A DNA stretch of 64,000 bases from Paramoeba atlantica (lineage: Eukaryota; Protista; Discosea), in the NCBI GenBank assembly GCA_977017575.1, contig CDRNVI010000041.1:62001-126000 (forward strand). The letters run 5' to 3'. The notes below the pieces were generated by a model that searched no databases, was not told the origin of the DNA, and was given only the letters and a program-made list of their open reading frames with translations. This document shows, in pieces, positions 9,386-20,401 of this stretch; position 1 is the first letter of the stretch; each line of letters begins with the position of its first letter. The position numbers and the translations under genes were made by a program.

Positions 9386-11554
9386 ATGATGAAAGCAACG
9401 ATTCAGAAACGCTTTAGCTTGTATTCCACAAACAACTCTGAGAAATCAGAAGGGAACAGATTCTCCGAAGTCAAAATGGTAGTGATTTTCAACAAAGAAA
9501 TAGCTCCTCAATCCTGGGAATGCTTGTTGTCAATAACGCCACGGGCGTGGGCTTACGCTCTTCAAAATCAGGTACGAGTACTTACTCCAAAAGGTAACCA
9601 GTTTACTTATACGGATCATTCCGCCCCGATAACGTTTGTAAAGCAGCTTTATTTCCCAGACTCGCGTTGCTTCCCGAGTAACACGTGCATAGTTGTAAGC
9701 TGCGACAGCTCTTCAAGCTTGCATATCTGGGGATATAATGAAGCTACAGGAAAGCTACACGTTTTTTGTCGACATGTTCTCCCTTCTGCTGCTGCGCTAG
9801 GAGACTATGCAATCCAAGTAAGAGTTTTGTACCGAGATGAGACGTTGTCGTTGTTTATATTGAGCTCCGAAAGTGGAATTCAGTGCCTCAGATTCCCGCA
9901 ATCGACTTTGCAGAATGAAACGTGGGTAATTGACGACATTAAAAGTGTCTTGGAGTTCTACAAGCCGTCGGCGTTGGGTCTGTTGTCTCAATATGTCGCA
10001 GTAGCTTCACCCGGTGTTTTAGGATTATGGTCCTTGGAGACATCCATGACCGACTGCATCGGACTACATGGAACAGAAGGCATGGAGTACAACATAAAAG
10101 ATATTATACCGCTAAATGAATCCATGTTTCTTCTGCGTAGTGTTGAGAACTTACAAGTTTGGGACATAACGTCGCGCACATGCAATCAGAGATTTTCTAT
10201 AAGCTCAGGTAATGATCTGATGAGATTGGTGTGCATGTCTCCGGACAAGTGGCTAGTTGTGCTATGTCCTCATATCCAAGAGAAGCGAACTGTGCGGCCC
10301 ATTCTCCGTGTCGTGGGAATAACTTGTCAGGAAAACACCTTTCACTTTACCGGAGAATGTAATTATTATGAGCTTATGGACCCCGTTGTGAGCATAGAGA
10401 GTGTTCGAGTTTCGGATGATGAGGTAGACGTGTACACTATGCATTCCTTCTATATTCTTCGATCTCGATTCAAGGTATCTAATTTTAATCAAACAGAAAT
10501 TTCGTCTTTCAGCGTACTCGATAGGGCGGTTCTGGAGAGAGGCCTCGACACAGCCAGCCGAGGTAACTCAATTGTTGGTGAAAAAATTGAGGAGCTTCAC
10601 CATATTTTAGAGTTACACGAGCAACAGCTAAATGCTATTAACGAGCAGGTAGTAAAGCATTCTGTTTTGGTTCAAAGCATTGCGTCAAATGAAAAGACTT
10701 CTCACGAGATAATAGACATTGATAACGTTATTACTGCTATTGAGCGTCGACTCACCGGACTTAAGAATCGAATTGCGCAACGGGAATCGAGGGACGAAGA
10801 GATAGTTAAGAAATGCATTGAGGAATCGACAAGTTTCTTAGTACAGACTTTGCCGGGGGCTATAGCCGAGCTCTTGCGGGGAAATATCGGGCAGGGTGTC
10901 GACAATGCCCTAAGTAAGACTCTTGGGGAATTCGGAGAAAATTTGGACGACAAAATAGGGCAGCACGTGCGGAATTCAGTGGAGTTGATTCTTGGGAAGT
11001 ACACTGAATTTTCGGAAGCTTTGCTTAAGAAAGAAGCGGACAAGGTGCAGGTAGAGCGTAACGTCTTAAATGATCAAATTTCGCAGCAGATTCGAAGCGT
11101 GAAAGATTATATAGCGTCTACAAATCCGAAGACGCAAAAAGTGAATAAAGAAATTTTCTCTGAAACAAAACTTCTTCTTCTTTTGCAGGAGAAAAAATAT
11201 GCGGAAGCAATCGCGTTGTCATGCGAGTCGCGTGAGACGCTATGCTTAGGACTTAAGATAATAACGAGCAGCCTCTCTGATGACTTTCTATCTGTTATAC
11301 AACCAAGCGATTCTCTGTTAAAAGATATGATAAACATTCTAAGCGACTTCTCCGAGTTATCCAACGAATCTATCGCTGATCAAGTGAGCTGGTTACAATC
11401 AATAAGTATGTCGGATATTTTCCTTGCTAAAAGAGACTCTTTGACACAGGTTCGATGTACGTGCTCAAGGCGATTATGCGAACTACAAGATGCTGAGAGC
11501 TGGAACAATGTAATGCGACACCAAATTAAACTTGCAATTAGAATGTATAATTGA
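9386..11554 (+). CDS. EDC4/Ge-1/VARICOSE-like protein (WD40 + coiled coil + C-terminal helical domain)
   Basis: N-terminal AWAYALQNQVRVL..DHSAPIT..LHIW resembles the Ge-1 WD40 start; long coiled coil; C-terminal LLQEKKYAEAIALS..QVSWLQSI resembles the Ge-1 C-terminal domain. Confidence 0.62.
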   Translation: MMKATIQKRFSLYSTNNSEKSEGNRFSEVKMVVIFNKEIAPQSWECLLSITPRAWAYALQNQVRVLTPKGNQFTYTDHSAPITFVKQLYFPDSRCFPSNTCIVVSCDSSSSLHIWGYNEATGKLHVFCRHVLPSAAALGDYAIQVRVLYRDETLSLFILSSESGIQCLRFPQSTLQNETWVIDDIKSVLEFYKPSALGLLSQYVAVASPGVLGLWSLETSMTDCIGLHGTEGMEYNIKDIIPLNESMFLLRSVENLQVWDITSRTCNQRFSISSGNDLMRLVCMSPDKWLVVLCPHIQEKRTVRPILRVVGITCQENTFHFTGECNYYELMDPVVSIESVRVSDDEVDVYTMHSFYILRSRFKVSNFNQTEISSFSVLDRAVLERGLDTASRGNSIVGEKIEELHHILELHEQQLNAINEQVVKHSVLVQSIASNEKTSHEIIDIDNVITAIERRLTGLKNRIAQRESRDEEIVKKCIEESTSFLVQTLPGAIAELLRGNIGQGVDNALSKTLGEFGENLDDKIGQHVRNSVELILGKYTEFSEALLKKEADKVQVERNVLNDQISQQIRSVKDYIASTNPKTQKVNKEIFSETKLLLLLQEKKYAEAIALSCESRETLCLGLKIITSSLSDDFLSVIQPSDSLLKDMINILSDFSELSNESIADQVSWLQSISMSDIFLAKRDSLTQVRCTCSRRLCELQDAESWNNVMRHQIKLAIRMYN

Positions 11555-11813
11555 GGTTTTCGTTACATGTCTACTACACAGTCTGCTACACATACAGTCT
11601 GTGTGACATACACAAGACTGCTTTACAGTCCTTAGTATTTTTAGTACGTGCTCTGTTAGGTCATTGTGACTGTAAAACATACGATAAGAGAGTGTTTTAT
11701 TATGGGAGTTCTCTAGAGGTGATAACTTGCCTATGATGTCCATCTCTCCGACCTCTAGCTTCTACACGTATGTGTTATCTTTGTACTTTCCTATTATCTG
11801 TACACGCGATCTT

Positions 11814-12689
11814 ATGAGTCGAAAAACTGTTTATTTGGATCGATTGGCGAAAAATATACTTACGGAGCGAATCTCCTATGTGAGTCAATCTGTGGCAAAT
11901 CTTATTGATTCGGAGCTTATGGGTCCTGCATGTCAGTACAGTCTTGATCAGTTAATGGAGCTCGCTGGGTTAAGCGTTGCTACCGCGATTGAGACGGAGT
12001 ATGGGAAATCTGGCTTGGACCATCCGCTTAGAATCCTTTCTGTTTGTGGCCCAGGAAATAATGGCGGAGACGGACTCGTCGCCGCCCGGCACTTATCATT
12101 ATTTGGTCACGTTGTGGATGTGTGGTACCCAAAACCGTGTGCAAGGCTTCCACACATCCTCACTCAGCTACGGGATGTATTTTCATCGAATTCCGACAAA
12201 AGTATGCCTTGCGGAGTCATAAGCACTAATCCACTAGATCCGCCAGGCACTTTGGAATCATACAATATTATTATTGATGCAATATTCGGGTTTAACTTCC
12301 ATGGAGAAGTACGGGAACCTTTCTCTTCGATCATCACACAACTTGCAAAAGTTTGCAATCCTTACTGTGGATACGGGAGGCACGTACCGAAAGGCAACAC
12401 TCATCCCGTAAGACTTGTGAGCATCGATGTGCCGTCAGGGTGGGAAGTAGACAATACAAAATGTAGGTCAACCGCGGTTAAAACACCTTTGGAGACTTCA
12501 AGTGAAGCCGAACAAGATCACACACTGCTCCCCCATATGCTTATCTCTTTAACCATACCGAAGAAATGCGCTGAAAGGTGCAGCGCTATTCATTACCTTG
12601 GAGGAAGATTTATTTCTACTCGAATCGCTTCGAGCTTTTCTTTGCAAATTCCAACGTATCCGAATAGTGCGCAGTGTGTTCATCTCTAG
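11814..12689 (+). CDS. NAXE: NAD(P)H-hydrate epimerase (YjeF N-terminal family)
   Basis: QLMELAGLSVA, CGPGNNGGDGLVAARHL, DAIFGFNF, SIDVPSGW, HYLGGRF; likely ATG at 11814. Confidence 0.95.
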   Translation: MSRKTVYLDRLAKNILTERISYVSQSVANLIDSELMGPACQYSLDQLMELAGLSVATAIETEYGKSGLDHPLRILSVCGPGNNGGDGLVAARHLSLFGHVVDVWYPKPCARLPHILTQLRDVFSSNSDKSMPCGVISTNPLDPPGTLESYNIIIDAIFGFNFHGEVREPFSSIITQLAKVCNPYCGYGRHVPKGNTHPVRLVSIDVPSGWEVDNTKCRSTAVKTPLETSSEAEQDHTLLPHMLISLTIPKKCAERCSAIHYLGGRFISTRIASSFSLQIPTYPNSAQCVHL

Positions 12690-12941
12690 CGAAGTCTAAT
12701 TGGAAAGTTCGGTTTATCAGTTTCTTTAGGTGTATGTCACTTGCCGCAGCCCTCTTAGCAAGATATAATAACTGCATACATAAATGGATGTTCTGTATAT
12801 GTTTTATCAGTTTTGATCAATATCTTTTTAAAGATTGGAGATACAGCAGTAATGTATTTCATAAGGAAATTTTTTTTAATGCTAGGTTGTGATTACATTA
12901 TATTAGTAATGCTTTTCTAACAAGCCTAACGTTTACAGCGT

Positions 12942-13196
12942 ATGTCTAGTACCATTTCTGGGAAGGCTTTCACATGCGCGATTTTCTCAATCTGCAGTGC
13001 TCTAATACTTCTCTTTTTGGGTATGCTACTGCAGACACGCTCTGTACACATGGAATTACTGTGCGAACATCATCACTGGGAGTGCACGAAGAAGGCAAAA
13101 TCTTGTTTTCTGGCTGCTGCGATGTATTCTTCTATTAGCGCCCTTTCTGTTCTGGCTCTTGGCGTTTCAAGATGGCGTCAGAGTCGTAGAACGTAG
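12942..13196 (+). CDS. ribonuclease kappa / V-ATPase subunit f-like two-TM protein
   Basis: 84 aa with two hydrophobic helices; KSCFLAAAMY matches the RNASEK nCfiAa.lY pattern. Confidence 0.55.
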   Translation: MSSTISGKAFTCAIFSICSALILLFLGMLLQTRSVHMELLCEHHHWECTKKAKSCFLAAAMYSSISALSVLALGVSRWRQSRRT

Positions 13197-13579
13197 TCGC
13201 AGTAGCAGTTCCTTAGATTTGAATTGAAGTGTTTTCTTCTCAAGAGCTTCATCACTGAATACCTCGTTTGTGGGCTGCCACGAAGTACGATGCTGGGATT
13301 AGTGCAGCAGGGAATTGTGCGTATAGATGGGTTCACGTGTTTTAGATGATTATATCGGTTAATGTATAGTATTCCACCACAACAATTAGATGCATCACCT
13401 TTTTCTACACGTAATTACTACTTCGTAATTACGGTGTACTTGGTAAAGTTTTAACTTTTTTGATGCGCGAATAATAAAAGATCTACCAACGTTATCATAA
13501 GAATCTAGCAGAGTTGCCTTTTTTACGACGTTTTCGGTACTGACCCTACTGGGCAGCCAATGATTCACACTGTACAGTA

Positions 13580-15883
13580 ATGTTATCTTCCACAGGACTC
13601 GTTCTCTTAGTGCTTCTGGACGTGTCAAATTGTTCACGTGCACGTCCTTTTGCAGGTGAAGCTCTTCCGTTCAATGTGGATTCGTTGCCTCGAGATTCTT
13701 CCTCAAGTCTTTCCACCGCACCAGAAAGCGACTCTCCAATATTTTTTAATTTTCGAAAAGCATATTCAAGGCCTTCTGCTTGCTCGGAAATTTTGCCTTG
13801 GGAAACTGTAAATCAGGTAGATTTTGTACTTCTTGCTGCCCATAAAAGCTTTGCACAGGCGTTAAATACCACGTCTTTTCAAGCGGCGGATTCAACAAGA
13901 TACACAGACATGGCCCAATTAAGTAAACAAGTACAATGGATGTCATCCACAGCAAAAGCTTTGCATGCGCAGCATGTTACATTTCTTGCAACCTTGTTCA
14001 CTGAATGTGAGTTGGACGACGACGTTTTGAATGACGTTCATTTCGGTGCAAAATCTATGAATTTTGGCCTGAACGTTCTGCAAGAGCATCTTTTACAAGT
14101 ACGTGAGACGCTGATGCGATCCGTATCTGACAATGGTGAACACGACAGTGTAAATATAACTCAAATCCTCCGAGTGCTTCACCAGGGTATACAAATGGGC
14201 ATGACGGAGATTTACCTGCAGCACGCAATGTCATTTCGAATGACTGGAACGAGGCTAACGTGGAAATCCATTTCTGAGCAATCTGAATTATATTTTCAGA
14301 ATATTTTTGGGGACCTAGACCAAAGGCTTCGATTTTTCGGGACAGACAAGCATTTTGATGATCGTGATGTTTTGCATCCGCACGTGATACAAAGAGGTAT
14401 GAACGCTGTTATGATCGCTCTTATCCGAATGTATATCGGTGGGGATTATATTCGTGATCATTTTTACCGGCATGAGAATGTCATTTCGTTATTCTTGGAT
14501 TACATTGAAGTTTTATTGCAACGATATATTGCAGGTAATTGGAAAGAGAATTCGGCTGTGCGTGATCGTAGTGAGCGGTTAATGACCAGTATTTCCAAGC
14601 CGCATTCCAATGCAAAAACAAGTGAGACGTGGTCTCATTTAAAGAGGTTCTTGATACCAAAGAGTATGGGGAAACTCGCAAATGTTCGTCAAACCACTAC
14701 GACGCTGTACCCACATTCCTTTGAAGGTACTGTGGATGATAGATTGTTGCAGCTGATTACCGATTTCACGGAGCTACAGGCAACTATAAATTTTGCTCTC
14801 CCTATTGAGAATACTTTACAAGGAGCCATGCAACAAACGTCCTTTAACCTTCTTGAGTCTTACGAATCTGATGCGCGAGATACAGTAGAAAATCTTCTTC
14901 TTCAGTTCCCCATAGTTCACGCGGCATTAGAAACGTATGATCTGCCTTACATACGGTGCAGTATTTGCAATGTCCCAGTTCCTTTTGAGGTGTTCGATTC
15001 GATGCAGCAGGAAATTTTAAATTCGGAAAGTGTTCTACCAAATGTAGAATATCAGTGTTCATGTTCCCATCACTTTGGAAGATTTTTGCTAAATAAAGCA
15101 AAAAAGAAAAGAGCATTGTTATCATGGTCCCAAATGGTGCAAATCATCAACGCCGTGACCCATGACATGCGGATTCTGTGGAACCTTCATGTTAGTTCAC
15201 ACACCCCTCTAAAACTCGATAGCAGAATTAGTAGCAGAGAAGATAGACTTATAGATTGGTTAATCCTTTGTGAAGTCCATGAGCAACATATTGATGATAT
15301 TTTGGAGACAATGAGATCCACATCGTCGTTCGAGAACGCCTCATACCACCGTGAATGGTGGCGACGTACCCTCGAAGCAGTAATTGGAAAGGTAATTTAC
15401 AATGCGATATTGCACTTCGACTTCGGAAGCCTTTTTGTTACAAAAGCCGAAGTCGAAAAGAAATTTTCATTGTGCATTCGCCCGTTCCAGCAGAATTCGA
15501 GCATCTGGGCTCGTATAATTCCGAAGAATTTTAACACGGAGGTATGGGGCGAATTTCAGGGTGAATATTCTTTTGTACACTGTACCCTGCAGGACTATCT
15601 GCATGTCTTGTTGGACATTCGCAGTCCAAGAAAGGAGAAAGCACAAATGTTGCACTCGATTCGGGATTCTTACTTAAACTCTGTGGAACGATGGAACGAG
15701 AATACTGATCGTATCGCCCTGAATTTGCAAGCACTTCTGATGGAGTACGCTGGCTTAGTGAGACAGGACGTTATTTTTGAAACCCACGTGCGAGGTGAAT
15801 ACCAAATTTTGGCTGATGTTTTCACTGAGTGGGTCTTGCTTTTGTTTGAACAAGGTACTAACGGAAAGGTCATCACCGGATAA
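13580..15883 (+). CDS. hypothetical all-helical protein, weak resemblance to CATCHR (RINT1/TIP20/ZW10-type) tethering subunits
   Basis: 767-aa ORF, co-oriented; the family suggestion is weak and by eye. Confidence 0.6.
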   Translation: MLSSTGLVLLVLLDVSNCSRARPFAGEALPFNVDSLPRDSSSSLSTAPESDSPIFFNFRKAYSRPSACSEILPWETVNQVDFVLLAAHKSFAQALNTTSFQAADSTRYTDMAQLSKQVQWMSSTAKALHAQHVTFLATLFTECELDDDVLNDVHFGAKSMNFGLNVLQEHLLQVRETLMRSVSDNGEHDSVNITQILRVLHQGIQMGMTEIYLQHAMSFRMTGTRLTWKSISEQSELYFQNIFGDLDQRLRFFGTDKHFDDRDVLHPHVIQRGMNAVMIALIRMYIGGDYIRDHFYRHENVISLFLDYIEVLLQRYIAGNWKENSAVRDRSERLMTSISKPHSNAKTSETWSHLKRFLIPKSMGKLANVRQTTTTLYPHSFEGTVDDRLLQLITDFTELQATINFALPIENTLQGAMQQTSFNLLESYESDARDTVENLLLQFPIVHAALETYDLPYIRCSICNVPVPFEVFDSMQQEILNSESVLPNVEYQCSCSHHFGRFLLNKAKKKRALLSWSQMVQIINAVTHDMRILWNLHVSSHTPLKLDSRISSREDRLIDWLILCEVHEQHIDDILETMRSTSSFENASYHREWWRRTLEAVIGKVIYNAILHFDFGSLFVTKAEVEKKFSLCIRPFQQNSSIWARIIPKNFNTEVWGEFQGEYSFVHCTLQDYLHVLLDIRSPRKEKAQMLHSIRDSYLNSVERWNENTDRIALNLQALLMEYAGLVRQDVIFETHVRGEYQILADVFTEWVLLLFEQGTNGKVITG

Positions 15884-16729
15884 AATTCATAGTATGACTA
15901 CGTCAATCATATAAGCCGAATAGTACGAATTGCCCAGCACATTGGGAAAACCTTTTTGGGAGAACGCGGTCGTGTTCAGCAATGTAAATTATTGATTGTG
16001 CGCAAGATTGCGAATTGAATTCGCTGCATTTGATTTGCCTGATGGTAAATTTTGTTCATCTGTTGATGTTTTTTGACTGCCGTTTATGACAGTTGCATCT
16101 CGTTCTGTGCCCAACAGCACTGACACTGCTCTGATAAGATACTATTCCAAAATTACCGATACATCAATTGAAGAGTATTGGATCGAAACAATTGCTTCTA
16201 AAAATAAATAGACGTGTGTGCGGGATCAATGATTTGCTAAATCGAAATTTGTACAAAAACAATAACCGGCTCAAGTGTGCATTGTGTGTAATACGTGGTA
16301 CCGTATGTATCACGACCTGTATGTCGACGAGCAATTATGGGAGAGAAGTGTCTAAAAGAGCAGAGTATTTTTTTAATATTTTTCAAGAGGCGCCGTACTT
16401 GGCTGCGAAACGTGAGACTGTTTTGCAATTTCACTATTTTTCCAAATATCATACAGTTAGAATTGTATATTGTACTTCCCTTCTATTGTAATTGCATATT
16501 GTCATTCATGTTTTCGTTTGTATGCAACTCCTAGAACAGTGCCTTAAACCTTCTAAGAGCGTTTTTGATATTTTTTTAAAAGAGGGATACTACATGTATA
16601 GCACGCATGGCGAATATAAACTTGATAACGTATGCATAATATCAATACGAATGTAAGAATAACAGGTTTTAAAGTGCGCAAACAAATACAAGTACTGCTT
16701 GTATATCATTCATTCCTTATCAGTTAAAA

Positions 16730-18010
16730 ATGAAAGATAAAAGTGGTGCTGTTCAATCACAAAGACAGACTGAGAAAAATACACATACAAAAGAGCATTG
16801 CAGCATATCTACTAGTCACGATGAGGATACTAATAGTGACTATGGCGCGCCGTTACGATTTTTTGAACATCCCCTTCTTGTGCTACAATTCAGCGCCTAT
16901 TACCTTCATAGTGCCCTCCGTCTTCGCCTGGAGTCGATCCTTCAACATTCACTTACCTGGTATCTAATATGGCCCCTATCTATTGCGTACATTTGTATTC
17001 CGAGTCTTCGAATGCGCGAGTTCGAACTAATTCTTTGGGAATGTGCGCGATGGGTGGCGCTTGGTGTGGCGAGCTCCATTGGGTTCGGTACTGGACTGCA
17101 CACCGGGATGCTCTTCATGTTTCCTCACATTTACCACATCTGCCGAGCCGTAGAGAAGTGCGAAGGATACGGATTTGACACATACGGCCCAGTGGCTTTT
17201 CAATGCTACACGCACATTCCTTCTTCTGTTAATTTTCTTGCAACATGGATGAAAGTGCTTCCGTGGTTAGTCCTATGGGGAACTGGGACTGCGATAGGTG
17301 AAATTCCTCCCTATGCTGTTAGCTACGCGGCGGCACGAAATCGCCCAAAATTGGCACAGAAAATTAGTGCATCTGAAAACGCGCTCTCTGGCGCGTGGAG
17401 TGCGTTGGACCAGATGAAGGATTGGATGGTGAAGGTTGTTCGCCGATTCGGATTCTGGGGTGTACTTCTCTTTAGCGCGTACCCAAATGCTGCTTTCGAT
17501 ATGTGCGGCATGGCATGCGGGCAATCCCTTATGCCTTTTTGGGTATTTTTTACAGCTACATGGCTCGGCAAGGCTGTCATTAAGGTGGCGCTGCAAGGCG
17601 CCTTTTTTGTGGCGCTGTTTAGCGGAGAAACCATTGCTGTCGTTTTGCGCTTTTTGCGTGAATGCTTTCCACTTGCTGGGAAATATATAGATGTCACTGA
17701 GCGCGTCATACTAACCACACGTAACAGCGTGATTGCAAACGCCAAATTCAATGCTAGTGAGTCACTAGATAGTGATGCGAGCGGTATGGCTTCCTTCCTG
17801 CTCTCCCATCTTTTCTCGATCATAGTTACGATTTGCGTCATCTCTTTTATGATTTCAATACTAGAAGGCTGGGCTCACGAGTATCAAACGCAAAAAACCA
17901 CTGAACGATCACACACGATGAACCTCACACGTGTATGTTTCTTTCTTGCACTTCTGGTCGCGCCATTCTTATTTTTATTTGCGGACCCACGCATACCTTG
18001 GTACAATTAA
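16730..18010 (+). CDS. VMP1: vacuole membrane protein 1 (VMP1/TMEM49)
   Basis: LGVASSIGFGTGLHTGMLFMFPHI, WGTGTAIGEIPPY, PNAAFDMCGMACG, FFTATWLGKA. Confidence 0.93.
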   Translation: MKDKSGAVQSQRQTEKNTHTKEHCSISTSHDEDTNSDYGAPLRFFEHPLLVLQFSAYYLHSALRLRLESILQHSLTWYLIWPLSIAYICIPSLRMREFELILWECARWVALGVASSIGFGTGLHTGMLFMFPHIYHICRAVEKCEGYGFDTYGPVAFQCYTHIPSSVNFLATWMKVLPWLVLWGTGTAIGEIPPYAVSYAAARNRPKLAQKISASENALSGAWSALDQMKDWMVKVVRRFGFWGVLLFSAYPNAAFDMCGMACGQSLMPFWVFFTATWLGKAVIKVALQGAFFVALFSGETIAVVLRFLRECFPLAGKYIDVTERVILTTRNSVIANAKFNASESLDSDASGMASFLLSHLFSIIVTICVISFMISILEGWAHEYQTQKTTERSHTMNLTRVCFFLALLVAPFLFLFADPRIPWYN

Positions 18011-18201
18011 TAATTCGCTTGAGCCATGGGCTGGTTCTTTTCAATCGTTCTACTTACTGCTACTGTTAGGCATGACTCGCTCTAGAACTGAAATTCAATC
18101 ATCGCAATATCGATTCTCCAAAAACCTGTATTCTCACAAAACACTTTCCTCGTCGTTCGTCGATCCTTCCTTTTCCTACCTCTTCCCCTTTCCCCCCTTC
18201 C

Positions 18202-19683
18202 ATGACCACCCCCACCCCTCCTCCCGTCACCATCAACCCCCGCGTACTCCAAGCCCAGTACGCCGTCCGCGGTCTCCTCCCCACCCGTGCTCTCGAGATC
18301 GAAAACGAAATCAAAGCCGGCAAACCCTACCCTTTCCAAAAACTCATCTACTGCAACATTGGCAACCCCCAGGCCCTACAACAACCCCCCCTGACCTTTC
18401 CCCGCCAAGTCATGGCCCTGGTGGACTGCCCGAGTCTCTTACAAAACCCCCCCGAGGCCCTCCACGCTCTCTTCCCCCCCGACGCCCTCACCCGGGCCCG
18501 GGACTACCTCTCCGGTCCCATCGGAGCCCGCACCGGGGCCTACACCCACTCCCTGGGCTACGACGGGGTCCGGACCGAAATTGCGCACTTTATCTCCGCA
18601 AGGGACTCTTCAGGAGATCAACCCGACAAGAACCACATCTTTCTCACCGACGGCGCCAGTGCGGGGGTCAAGCTGGTCCTGCAGTGTCTCGTAAGTGACC
18701 CCTCCGATGGGGTCATGATCCCCATCCCGCAGTACCCGCTGTACACCGCCTCGTTGGCCCTCCTCGGGGGCACCGCGGTGGATTACTACCTCCAGGAGAG
18801 CAGTGGGTGGAGCGTGGAGGTGGGGGAGATGGAGCGGATCTATGAGGCCAGTGTGCGCCGCGGGGTGACCCCAAGGGTGCTGGTCGTGATTAACCCGGGT
18901 AACCCCACGGGGCAGGTGCTGGAGGTGGGGGTGATGGAGGGGTGCGTGCGGTTCGCGCACAGGCACGGCCTGGTGGTGCTGGCGGATGAGGTGTACCAGG
19001 AGAATGTGTACTGTAAGCCGGGGAAGGGGTTTCATAGTTTTCGAGAGGTGACGCTGGGGATGGGGGCACCGTATGCGCAGGAGACTATGGTGGCCTCGCT
19101 GCACTCGACGTCGAAGGGGATTCTCGGGGAGTGTGGACGACGAGGGGGGTATATGGAGTTGTTGAACTTCCCGTCGGAGTTGTATGCGCAGATTATGAAG
19201 CTCGCGTCGATTAATTTGTGCTCCAATGTGAATGGGCAGCTGATGACGGAGTTGATGGTACGACCCCCGCAACCCGGGGAGGCGAGCTATGAGAGCTACA
19301 CCAAGGAGTACACCACGATCTATGACTCGTTGGTTCGCCGGGCCGCGTTGCTGGTACGGGAACTGAATGCTATCCCTGGGATTCGTAGCAATGAGATCGA
19401 GGGTGCGATGTACGCCTTCCCGCAGCTCATGCTACCCCAGTCGTTTATTGACTACAATGCACGGGAAAACGAACGCAACGGGACGAGCATGCAGCCAGAT
19501 GTACGATGGTGCCTGCAGCTGTTAGAGGCTACGGGAATCGTAGTGGTACCGGGATCCGGATTCGGTCAACGTGAGGGCACCTATCACTTCCGTACCACGA
19601 TCCTTCCCCCAGAGGAAGACATGGTTTTGTTAACCAAGAGTCTTCGTGTTTTTCAAGGAGATTTCTTGAAGCGCTTTTCTTGA
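18202..19683 (+). CDS. ALAT: alanine aminotransferase (PLP class I/II)
   Basis: AQYAVRG, CNIGNPQ, PIPQYPLY, INPGNPTGQV, ADEVYQENVY, SLHSTSKGILGECGRRGGY, GSGFGQREGTYHFRTTILP. Confidence 0.97.
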   Translation: MTTPTPPPVTINPRVLQAQYAVRGLLPTRALEIENEIKAGKPYPFQKLIYCNIGNPQALQQPPLTFPRQVMALVDCPSLLQNPPEALHALFPPDALTRARDYLSGPIGARTGAYTHSLGYDGVRTEIAHFISARDSSGDQPDKNHIFLTDGASAGVKLVLQCLVSDPSDGVMIPIPQYPLYTASLALLGGTAVDYYLQESSGWSVEVGEMERIYEASVRRGVTPRVLVVINPGNPTGQVLEVGVMEGCVRFAHRHGLVVLADEVYQENVYCKPGKGFHSFREVTLGMGAPYAQETMVASLHSTSKGILGECGRRGGYMELLNFPSELYAQIMKLASINLCSNVNGQLMTELMVRPPQPGEASYESYTKEYTTIYDSLVRRAALLVRELNAIPGIRSNEIEGAMYAFPQLMLPQSFIDYNARENERNGTSMQPDVRWCLQLLEATGIVVVPGSGFGQREGTYHFRTTILPPEEDMVLLTKSLRVFQGDFLKRFS

Positions 19684-20140
19684 TGGTGCCTTGATGTGGG
19701 CATGCCTTGATATGGATTCTACAAGATGTGAGAATAATGCGTAATGCGGCGTAATGTAATAAAGAATAGACTTTGAGCGTGATCAACCAGTGACGAATAA
19801 AAGAATATGGGCGTTCTCGTATCTCAATCAGAAAGTTCGCTTAATTTTCGCAATCTTAATTAATGTTTACAGAAACTATGGAAACCTATACATAAAATAG
19901 TTATGTATGTGCGTTCGTATCTAGCGTGCGTTGGTTATCTATGGGAGGTTGCGTTTGCTATTTTTGGTTAATTGGTAATTATCCAACCAGTGTTTATCAA
20001 GAGTGGCGTACTATGTTTTAAGTTTCGTGTGCTAAAATATGAAATCGGGGTCTGCAGCAGCTGTCTTAATGGATGACTTGCAGCTGAATCTTACGAATAG
20101 AATAATCCTTGTCTTTTTGTTAGTATCTTAATATAGCTTC

Positions 20141-20401
20141 ATGTCTTTGACGTTTCACGCAGAGTTTGCGATGCCTTGCGAATTCTACGCTTACGTAGTG
20201 AGAAACGCTCTTCTCCTGCCGAATAAGGAAGAAAACGGAACGTATTGGTCATGTGATGTCCTTCTGAACACCGCTCTACCCAAAGTGTATGTCACGATTA
20301 CAGCGAACGACGCACGGGCACTTCGCAACACAGTTAATGGTGCATTGGAGCAAATACGTTTGATCGTTCGAACCATAAAGACGTTTGGAGATCAGCATTA
20401 G
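20141..20401 (+). CDS. PCC1: KEOPS/EKC complex subunit Pcc1 (LAGE3-like)
   Basis: 86 aa; VTITANDARALRNTVNGALEQIRLIVRTIKTF matches the Pcc1 C-terminal pattern. Confidence 0.7.
   Translation: MSLTFHAEFAMPCEFYAYVVRNALLLPNKEENGTYWSCDVLLNTALPKVYVTITANDARALRNTVNGALEQIRLIVRTIKTFGDQH

Noticed and set aside
16168-16534. Short + strand ORFs between the 767-aa gene and VMP1
   Set aside because: Non-ATG or weak starts, low-complexity composition, no recognisable family
17931-19272. 255-aa Pro/Arg-rich + ORF and 220-aa minus ORF over ALAT
   Set aside because: By-products of the extreme C- and G-rich synonymous bias, which suppresses stops in other frames
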